A stretch of DNA of 9,306 nucleotides from Paraspadella gotoi (lineage: Eukaryota; Animalia; Chaetognatha). This document shows positions 1 to 9,200 of this stretch, in pieces (within the stretch, counting starts at the first letter, position 1; every line of letters starts with the position of its first letter). The notes beneath the pieces are model-generated. The model was given only the letters and a program-made list of their open reading frames with translations. It searched no databases and was not told where the DNA came from. The position numbers and the translations under genes are program-made. The DNA lies in assembly GCA_051294375.1 (NCBI GenBank), contig JBJCIZ010001589.1, positions 1-9,306 of the forward strand. Direction: 5' to 3'.

Positions 1-881
1 AATGGGTGAAAAAAAATTCTGCAGGGGGAGGGAAAAAATGGCTGGGTGGCGATCAACCACGCTGCTGGCAAGCTGAGCCGGAGCAAGTCCCCGCAGCTCC
101 TAATTTATGCATGGCAAATTACGATGAGAATGGGAAATATGCAGCGGGGCTTGCAAAGTGGTAAGACTGTGGCGTGGTCGATACGGTATATCTATAACAC
201 TAACCTAATCGTATCCTTTTTTAACCTTTAATTTCGAGCGCGTTTCGTTGTGAATTTTTTATTTCTCCGGAAAGCGCGCGAAGGGGGGCTCCACGACGAA
301 CGAGATTTATGGTCACTTTGAACAGAAATTTAGAACTTCTGACTTCTACACTTCTCTTTACATTAAAATCGACCGTTTCCATCGTGTGTTTTTTGTCTGA
401 GGGTGATGTTATTTTTTTCCTCCTCGTGGTGAAGTCACCTATCTGGCGGCGTGTAGGTGTGTGCAGTGTTTTTTTTAATCTCTGTTTTTTTTTAAGAGAG
501 TTTAATCGGACGTATCTGTCTGTTTTCTCGTTTTTTAAGTGTATTATCAGACTAAATGCTCTATCGCCTTTCTTTATTCCCCTAATTTCGAAACCGTCCA
601 AGTCTAATCTTCGTCGAGTTGTAAGTAAAAATTAAGTTTTGTTTGGTATTGTATCGTTAGACTCACTTCATGACGTTTAGTGGAGACAGCCAACGAGGAG
701 TAATCAGTCAACTATATGTTCGAAGCCTTGTGTTATGCAACCGTCCAAAATGTATGCCAATCTACTCAAATTGTGCAAATATAGAGTGCTCCACATAAAC
801 TGATTGCTTGGTCTAAATCAACATTTTTTTCACTCGGGCGACGGTTGAACCTCTTCGAATTCTCGGGCGAGATTGTGAGAG

Positions 882-932
882 GAGAGACGAGAGAGAGAGA
901 GAAGCAGAGAGAGAGAGAGAGAGAGAGAGAGA
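882..932. repeat. Interrupted (GA)n microsatellite
   Basis: (GA)7 at 889-902 and (AG)13 at 906-931 within a purine-rich tract. Confidence 0.95.
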
Positions 933-1149
933 ACACATTTTTATGGAACCAGAAACACAGTTCGCGAGGAAAACTACTGGGAGAAGAGAGCAGAGGAGAG
1001 ACAGAAAATGTTAAGAGAGAGATGAGTAGAGAGAGAGCCCAAATGAGACCATTTAGAATGCATATCTTGATTTCTTCCTCATTCCACGCAGGTCAATGTT
1101 GAGCGAATAATGGAGTGAAGCGAAAGGGTCAGTAGAACGGGTGTTCGTA

Positions 1150-1242
1150 CTATCTCCGGAGAGGGTTCACATCGCCACTAACGTAGGCCATGTTGTACCA
1201 AAGTTCGATGTCCTCACGGTAGGAAAAGAGGATTACCTTTCC
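1150..1242 (-). CDS. Candidate terminal coding exon of an unidentified host gene
   Basis: Minus-strand ctgtcAG| is followed by GKVILFSYREDIELWYNMAYVSGDVNPLRR*, which has protein-like composition in a GC-richer island. The polypyrimidine tract is weak and I recognise no homolog. Confidence 0.3.
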   Translation of the reverse strand, partial: GKVILFSYREDIELWYNMAYVSGDVNPLRR

Positions 1243-1449
1243 CTGACAGCATGCATTTTACCAATTATGCCTCAAAGTGTTAAGTTTCGAAGTTGTGCTG
1301 TTGGTGCATGTGCCATTAAAAACATTTTTAGAAATGTCGAGAGTTTCGATCGTTACAATTTTAATTTCGGTGATAAATTGGCAAAGATAAAAAAATCGAT
1401 TTTGGAAAAAAAATTGTAGATTTTTTATGAATCGATGCCTTCGTTTCAG

Positions 1450-1470
1450 TTAATACTTAATACTTAATAC
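1450..1470. repeat. (TTAATAC)3 short tandem repeat
   Basis: Three exact 7-bp copies. Confidence 0.85.
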
Positions 1471-3369
1471 GTTTTCCAATACTAAAAATGCTGAGTTTTT
1501 CTTAATTCCTTACTGATAATTAGGAAATTAAAAAAAATAACGAAAAAAAAATTATCTGGAAAGAGGAAAACTGTCTTCGACCATTAACACTCATTCTCAC
1601 CAATTTTTTTTTTCCTTTCGGGAATTTTTTTTTTCTTTTTTTCTTTTTCTCTTGTTCTCTTGTTCTAAAAACGTCAGCGATGAAAAAAAAAAAAGATTCA
1701 AGCGGAAATTATCGATTATTATAAATATTTTTTTCGTTCATTATTTTTCCGAATGGTTGCGACGGAGATGAATTCGTAATTTAGATTATTATTCCCGGGT
1801 AAAAGAATAATTTTTATTTATTTTATTTAATTTTTTAATTTATTCTTCGCAAAGAGAAATCTGTGATTTACGCGTGAAAGAAAGAAAACCTGAGTTATCA
1901 TCATCAGCCGCTTCCCGTCCGTCTGGCGAGGGATACACACCGGCTTTTAGTCACGTTTACGGACGAAACTTTATTTGGCTGACGTTATTTAACTTAGAGA
2001 TTGTGTTCTCACAAAGTAGAATGTTGTTTTTGAATTGATTAACAACTCGCGCTTTATTCTCAAATTAAATTTTAATCAACTAGAATACTTTACCTTAACA
2101 ATTTATGTAGTATGTCCGTAGGAAAGAAGAAAAATCATGCCCTTAAAAAATACCTCACTGGGTCGAGACGGGAAAGGAGAATATAAATATAGAAAATTAT
2201 TGTATAACTATAAATTTTCCCTCGTGAAATTAATCAAGCGAAAAATTAACGGGATACAATTGTTTTATCACTTCAGTTATCGATTTACGTTCAATTCGTT
2301 TCAAAATGTGTTGAACAACTGTACGGTGAGAAAAGGGGTGAATGGAAGAGGGAGAGGGCAGTCAGGTTAGCCGGGGAGAATCAAGCAGAGAAGTAAGAGG
2401 AAAGCGATGAGTGAAGAAGAGAGACGAGATGAGTAGGATCAAGCGTTAGCGAAAAAAGTGCGGGGAATTGTATAGTAGGAATATCTGAGCCCTGGTTCGA
2501 TGCACAAGAAATGGTCTTGAATTAGCTGTCAAAAGCCAAAAAAAAAGACAAAACTATATACTGGTTGAAATTTAATCAGCCAATAAATCAAGAAAACAAA
2601 TTCCAAGCCATTGATTTTTCAAAAAAGTACGAAAGAATTTTTTGTGGTGAAATTAATTTAAGAAAATGTGGCCAGAGAAACCAAGGTGTAATACATTGAT
2701 GAAATTATAAATTCGTCGAAGTTGTCACCTATTTCAATCCTTGTCTTCCCAAGAACCGTAATTCTTAGTATAAATTATTTTGTGACCTCTCTACAAAGTA
2801 GAAAATATGTAAAATGTAAACAATATAAAAATATAAAGAGAATAAACGGAGAGATGTCGAGTTCCGGAAACCGGGGGCTAAATGATCCGACCCCGGTCGA
2901 TGAGCGTCTTTCGGAACAAAAAAAGAAGAGAAACATAAACGGAAAGAGAACACCAAAAATGGAAATAGGAGAGGAGGACAGAAAACAAACAGCATTGCAG
3001 CCGGTTATTCTGACTCAATCCATGTGGGTGACACTCGACATTATCACAAGCAAGTCCGCACCCTCACAATCACGGAGCTCTCTCTTCTCTTCTGCATCTC
3101 CAACTATCCTCATTGACTCTCCATTAGAACTTAAACTCTTATTCTCTGAATAAATGAACCCCTTATCCTGTCTTTCTCTAACGTTAATTCTCCCATACCC
3201 CATTCACACTCGTCCGATACAACCACTGTAATATATTAAGAAAAAAGAATGGTGAAAAGTACTGCATATATTGAATTTAGATAGCGTATAAAAAGAGTTT
3301 TTTAAACACAAAACAAAAACCGCTCTTTATAACTCATCTCTCTCTCATTCTCACCTCTCTCTCAAATAA

Positions 3370-3386
3370 CTCTCTCTCTCTCTCTC
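3370..3386. repeat. (CT)n microsatellite
   Basis: (CT)8 within a CT-rich stretch at about 3335-3390. Confidence 0.9.
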
Positions 3387-3678
3387 CTTTGTTCCTCCTG
3401 CGGGTTTTGAATTATGGTGTTTTTCCGTATCACATACGACGGTGGGAGAGATAAAAAAAAAAAGAAGAAAAAGAAAGAGAGAGAGAAAACCCTGGATCCT
3501 GAACTTTTTCGTTGAACGGCTTGCGGTTTTTTTTACTCTTCTTTTTTATGTCGGAATAGGACGTCTTTTTTTCAACCCCTGCAAATTCATTTCCGTTATA
3601 ATTTTTTTATTTTTGTATAATCGTTGTTACTGGTCTGCTTCTTGTCAGCGCGGTTTATATTTTTTCTCTCGAGTGTAG

Positions 3679-3739
3679 GACCCGCCGAGAATATCCAAGA
3701 ATATTTGAGGAACTCCTCAACCCCAGGCGAGATGCTTCG
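3679..3739 (+). CDS. Candidate internal exon of an unidentified host gene
   Basis: Pyrimidine tract and acceptor ttttttctctcgagtgtAG (AG 3677-3678), perfect donor CG|GTAAGT (GT 3740-3741), and GC-richer than the flanks. Two frames are open: PAENIQEYLRNSSTPGEMLR or TRREYPRIFEELLNPRRDAS. Confidence 0.45.
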
Positions 3740-4760
3740 GTAAGTCAGAGATTCTTCAACCAGGCAGATTTGGTGGCTTGAGCCAGATCGACGATCAAAT
3801 AGTCTCTTTATTTCTCTAGAGTTTATGAAAGTTTAAAAAAGGGTACCTCAATAAAATTACTATATTGTCTATAACAGCATTTAATAATAATTCAAACAAG
3901 TACAATATCGAGAAATAATTATAAAATTTAGTTTATTTACTGATACATTCTACAAAAGGAAATTTACCACAATCAGTTAAGTCTGGAACCTCTCTCATAA
4001 ACCATATTCCGAATTAACCACTAAATAAGCACGGAATGTATCGGGAAAATGAATCAAAGATATAAATCCTTCGAGTGACTGGAATGTATAAGTATTTCAG
4101 TAACTCCTAGAATATCACTTAAAAATCGACCAGAGACGTTCTTTGGTTGATCTAACTCAAGAGTACCTCGACATTAATTAAATGTATTTTTTACTATACC
4201 CACTTCAGAGTTCGCCAGTTTGTTCCTTACAAAATGTTCCCAGTGAAATCTTTGATAATAATCCTCCCGCGGATCGCACTTTTAATATAAAATCGTAATT
4301 TCACTTTCCTTGTTTCTTTTTTCTAGGTTCCTTTATTTTCCTCTCCTGTATTATTTTCCTTATTATTTATCACTATTTTTTCTTCATCACCCTACCCACG
4401 ATGATGGTAGTATGGATGTCTTTGACATTCTATTGGCATAACGGATGAAGCGAGGATTCCCTATAGACGGGCCTTTTTTTTTGGGTGGAAATTATCAATC
4501 ATTGTTACGCTTGTCCTTTCTCTTCTTCTCTATTCTTTTTCTTTATTTTCTCCTCATTCCTATCTTTTTTTTTTTTTCTTTCTCTGTTTATTCTTTTCAT
4601 CTGCTTTTATTTCATCCCCAATCAATTCTGTTCCATCTCACTCTACTTTCTTTCCCCTGCTGATCATATGTTAAGAGATGATTACTTTGGCGTCAAGATC
4701 TTAGACTGGTGACTGCAATTGTTTTCTGCCACGGCGCCATCTCCTCTTCGTCTCACGTCA

Positions 4761-5311
4761 TGTGGCGGACTCCGAGAAACTGCCATTACCCACATTAGGG
4801 TGAGGTGTACTTCTCGACGAACTCTAATCCTAACCTCCAGTTGGTGAACTAACCAGTGGAATATCTCATTGCCTCTTTTCTCGAATAAGGTCAAGTTATT
4901 TTGGGTTGGAGTAGTAAATTGCGAATCTCTCGACTTACGCTTGAGCTTTTTCACTCTCTCTCTTTCTCATTTATTCTTTTTATCCCATCCCACTTTCTCC
5001 AACTCTCACACTATTTCACCTACTCTGATCCCCTAATTATTCTCTCGGCAGACTTGACGGATTCTTGCAGCTAGAAGAAAACGCCTATTCCGATGAGCGG
5101 ATACCGATCATGATGCATCCGCGGCTTGCCGCTTCGCTAACGTGACGCGAAGAACAAAGGCAAAGAACTGCGAGGCTCAAGTTCCATTCGGATTTGGGAC
5201 GGAGGGCATCGTCGCGGATCGACGTCGACCGTTCTTTTCGCCGAACGCCGCCCCCAACAGGTTTTGAATTTCCCCCGGGACCGACACGCTAAATTTCGAG
5301 GGACGCCGACA
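4761..5311 (+). repeat. Candidate 5' LTR (boundaries unverified)
   Basis: Begins TGTGGCG and ends CGCCGACA, an imperfect terminal inverted repeat with TG...CA ends, followed after 2 nt by a TGG-initiated PBS-like sequence. The second LTR is outside the window and no canonical AATAAA was seen. Confidence 0.4.
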
Positions 5312-5313
5312 AA

Positions 5314-5323
5314 TGGCGACCCA
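5314..5323 (+). promoter_or_regulatory. Candidate primer binding site (tRNA-Arg-like)
   Basis: TGGCGACCCA follows ...ACA-AA and sits just upstream of gag. TGGCGACC is complementary to the ...GGUCGCCA 3' end of animal tRNA-Arg isoacceptors. The match is short. Confidence 0.4.
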
Positions 5324-5359
5324 CCGACCGACTGCCGGACGCGCCGCTCGCCGTCTTCA

Positions 5360-6206
5360 ATGATGAAAGACGAGCTGCGCGCCCGCTCTCGCCGCCGCGA
5401 CTCGCGCGTTGGAAAGGGCATCCAACCGTAAGCCAGATCTGCCAGACTTTGACGTCAACAACATTGAGATCTGGATAAAACGCGTGGAATCAGCGTACAC
5501 GCGATCAGGAATTGTTACGCCCAAAAATAAGTTCGCTCATCTTGAATCCAAGATAGGAGTTAATGTCGACCCGAAGATAAATCAATATCTCTTTGGGGAA
5601 ACAACGGAAGAAACTTGGAACCAATTTCTTGAATACCTACGCAAGGAATATGGCCTCACTCGTCGCCAACAGGCCGCCAACATTCTTGATGCCATCGACG
5701 TCGACGGCGTAAAGCCATCGAAGATGTTGGCCCAGTTAGAGGAAAAAACAAAAACCCTCAGCCTGGACGACATAAGGAAGGAGAAAGTCCTGCGCGAGCT
5801 GCCTAAGGAAATCCGCCGCCAGCTGGAGGAGAAGGCAGATGATTTGACCGCCAACGAGCTCTGTGAATTGGCCGATCGTCATTATGATAACGACGGCAAT
5901 CTGAAGATTCGCCAAACCTCCTCTCTCATCAGCAATGTCGACCGGAATCGGCGCGATCGAGACGACTCAGAATCGGAGGAAGAAGAGGCGATCAACGCAG
6001 TCGACAATCACGCCCGTAAGCATGCCAACGGTAAGCGACGCCCAAATCCAGAGGCAAAAGGAAAAAGCAAATCGAAGTTGATGACGCTGTGCGCCAAACA
6101 CGTTAAGTTTGGCGATGAGGCTTGGTCTTGCGAGCCTGGATGTGCCAGATACGAGGAGACCCAGAAAAAGCGAGAGGGAAACTCCAAAGGGGGGCGCCGC
6201 AGGTGA
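5360..6206 (+). CDS. gag: Gag (capsid/nucleocapsid) of the retrotransposon; 5' end apparently frameshifted
   Basis: The frame is open 5367-6206 (KPDLPDFDVNNIEIWIKRVESAY...KPSKML...LRELPKEIR...ELADRHY) and includes the CHCC knuckle CAKHVKFGDEAWSCEPGC at 6090-6143. There is no in-frame ATG near the start. ATG ATG at 5360 (MMKDELRA) joins the main frame if one base near 5382-5384 is removed, so the start coordinate is inferred. Confidence 0.88.
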
Positions 6207-6237
6207 ACGCCGTCCCCCAGGAGCCAACCCGTTCACC
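6176..6237 (+). promoter_or_regulatory. -1 programmed ribosomal frameshift signal (slippery heptamer plus H-type pseudoknot)
   Basis: G GGA AAC at 6176-6182 is in X XXY YYZ phase with gag, followed by spacer TCCAAA. Stem 1 is GGGGGGCG 6189-6196 / CGTCCCCC 6211-6218. Stem 2 is GGTGAACG 6202-6209 / CGTTCACC 6230-6237. pol lies in the -1 frame. Confidence 0.88.
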
Positions 6238-9200
6238 GGCAAACAACGACCTTCTCTTTATCCGAGACGCCGGGGACAGGACAAGATGGCTCGTCGACGG
6301 TGGAGCTCTACTGTCAATTGTTCCTCCATCTCCAAAGCAGCAACAGCAGGGACCAAATCCGCAGATGAAACTACAAGCAGCAAACGGATCGCCCATTGCA
6401 TGTTATGGAACAATGGAGAAGACGGTTCAGCTTGGCAACAGAAAGTTCGATTATAAATTCGTAGTCGCCGATGTGAAACAAAATATTCTCGGCGCCGATT
6501 TCCTTGCCGAAAACTTCCTAGCGCCAAACCATCGAGACGGCCTCTTGCTCGACCTCCGAGACTATTCGACTATAGCAGCGTCGACATCAAAAGAGACCTC
6601 GGAACATGTCAACTTTGTCGACCGCAAAGGCGAGAAGTTCTACAAGCTCCTCGAATCATTCCCCTCTCTCTCAACGCCAACATTTGAGTTGAAGGAGCCA
6701 AAACACGGCGTTACTCATGCTATCCCTACGGAAGGTCGCCCGTGCCAATCAAGAGCACGACGATTAGACCCAGAAAAATTGGCCGTCGCCAAGAGGGAAC
6801 TAGAGAAAATGGTTTCCTTAGGAATAGCCAAAAGGGGCAAATCAGAATGGTCGTCGCCCCTCCACGTGGTTTCAAAACCTGACGGGGGATGGCGCTGTTG
6901 CGGCGACTACCGGCGCCTTAACGCTCAAACAGTTGACGACAAATATCCGGTGAAATTGTTAACAGACTTCAACTCCCAACTTGAAGGCAAAACAATTTTT
7001 TCCAAGATCGACCTGTTAAAGGGATATCATCAAATCCCAGTGGACCCGAACGACGTCAAAAAGACGGCGGTGATAACACCCTTCGGGTTGTATGTGTTTC
7101 CACGCTGCCCATTCGGATTGAAGAATGCTGGGCAGGATTTCCAGCGACTTATGGACGAAATCCTGGGGGACATCCCCCACACGTTCGTATATTTAGACGA
7201 TATCCTCGTGGCGTCTTCTTCTCCGGAGGAGCACATGCACGACCTGGAACAAGTCTTCAAAGCGCTGGATGCAAATGGGCTGGTTGTCAACACGAAAAAA
7301 TGCCTACTCGGACAGGAGTCTCTCGAATTCCTAGGATTTCTCGTGGACAAGAATGGCGTACGCCCTTTGCCTGAGCGGGTGCAAACACTCAGGGAAACTA
7401 CAAGACCAACGTCAATCAAGGAGTTGCAACGCTTCTTAGGTATGATAAACTATTACAGAAGATTCATACCAAAAGTGGCACATAGATGCGCACCACTTTA
7501 TGAAGCGTTGAGTGGTAAACCCAAGACCCTTGAATGGACAGAGGACTGCGAACGCGCCTTCGAGGCCATCAAGGAGGGTCTTATATCGGCAGCACTCCTT
7601 CACCACCCGCGAACGGGAGCACAGCTCTGCATCACCACGGATGCATCCGACCACGCCGTAGGCGCCGTTTTAGAACAGCGCGGACCCAAAGGTTGGGAAC
7701 CTTTGGCATTCTTTTCAGCTAAACTTGCCAAGAATCAAAAGTTGTGGCCCCCATTCGATAGAGAACTCTTTGGAGCATTTCGAGCGGTGAGACATTTCCG
7801 GCATTGGGTGGAGGGTCGAACCTTCACACTGTACACCGATCACCAAAGCCTCGTGTCAGCAATCAGAAAAAAATCGGAGCCACAAACCGCTCGGCAATCC
7901 TACCAGTTATCGGTAATTGCAGAATTTACCACAGACGTCAGATACCTCAAGGGTAAGGCGAATGTGGTCGCAGATGCTTTATCTCGCCCAAACACTTCAC
8001 CAACAGCAGCGCAGCAAAGCGACGACGCCGAGAAAAACGACAATGGAGCAACGCCAGCAGCTCAATCGACAGCAGCCTCCATCATCGAGCGTCAAAGCGA
8101 CGAGCAAGCAGAGCGTGAGATCAAACCCAACCGTTTGGAAGATGCCAACGCCCTTATCGCATCATTGACCAGCTTCGAGATTGACTTTGAACAGATGGCG
8201 AGAGAACAAGTTCTAGACCCCGACTTTCAAAGGATCTCCCAAGAAGCCAGGACTGGGTTGACATTCAGAAAAATTCGAGTTGGCAATCACGAACTCCTTG
8301 CTGATATCTCAAACGGCCCAGCCCGGCCATTTGTCCCAGCATCGTGGCGCCGAAAAGTTTTCGACGTCATACATGGACTCGGTCATCCAGGCGTCGATGC
8401 AACGAGAAAAGCTGTAGCGGCGAAATTCGTCTGGACCAACATGCGCCAGGACGTTACTCGATGGTCACGTGACTGCGTCGATTGCCAGCGAGCGAAAATA
8501 ACTCGGCATACAGTACCAGAGATTGGGGAATTCAAAGTTCCCGCACGTCGATTCCAGCACCTGAACCTTGACCTCGTCAAGATGCCCAAATCGAATGGTT
8601 TCACTTATCTCTTAACCATCGTCGATCGCTTTTCGAGATGGCCAGCCGCCATTCCAATTCGAGATACGGTCACACCAACCATTCTCGATGCGTTAAGCCA
8701 CGAATGGATCAGCACTTTTGGAATCCCAGCAGTGATAACGACTGACAGAGGGAGCCAGTTCACATCGACTCTCTGGCGCCAATTAACAAAGACTTGGGGT
8801 ATCAAGCATCAAACTACTACAACGTATCACCCACAAGCCAATGGATTGGTGGAAAGGTTCCACCGTAGGTTAAAGGAATCATTGATGGCGCTAGGAAATG
8901 AAGAAAGGGAAGAATGGTATTGGAAATTACCATTAACTTTATTAGCGATCAGAACCACCGTCAAGGAGGACATCGGCGCCTCAGCAGCTGATCTAGTTTT
9001 TGGAGAGGGCATAAGCATCCCCGGCAGCATACTCGGCGATGCCCAAGTCGACAATGCTACGTTAAACCGGCAGCGCAGCCAACAACTCTCAAAACTCCGA
9101 ATCGAAGTTGCCCGCCTTCAGCCGACCCCTACATCTGCGCACCGACAGCCGGCGGTGCACCTCCCGACGAATCTCGAAACCGCCAAGTACGTCTTTGTGA

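Noticed and set aside
3023-3208. Possible solo LTR (TGTG...CACA with AATAAA at 3149-3154)
   Set aside because: No target-site duplication and no similarity seen to the candidate LTR.
3596-3832. Minus-strand open frame EIKRLFDRRSGSSHQICLVEESLTYRSISPGVEEFLKYSWIF...
   Set aside because: No start codon or good donor; the plus-strand splice signals explain the island better.
4677-4708. DDYFGVKILD resembles the prolyl oligopeptidase N-terminal DDYFGxKxxDPYRWLE
   Set aside because: Too short, and the PYxWLE continuation is absent.
4795-4835. Telomere-like TTAGGG and CCTAACC words
   Set aside because: Single isolated copies, not an array.
46-4954. Short ORFs from the track in the host region (for example 221-601, 845-1102, 2722-3153, 4445-4712)
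   Set aside because: Low-complexity K/F/R/E-rich translations arising from poly-A/T runs and microsatellites, with no recognisable domains.
5090-5126. Hammerhead-like CCGATGAG followed by a stem
   Set aside because: The core is CCGAUGA rather than CUGAUGA, and no GAAA follows the stem.
4669-5259. Alternative LTR TGTT...AACA
   Set aside because: Only a 4-bp inverted match, and it is followed by GGTTTTG rather than a TGG PBS. Not fully excluded without the 3' LTR.
5137-9054. Minus-strand and alternate-frame ORFs overlapping the leader, gag and pol
   Set aside because: Shadow ORFs of a GC-richer coding region with no motifs.
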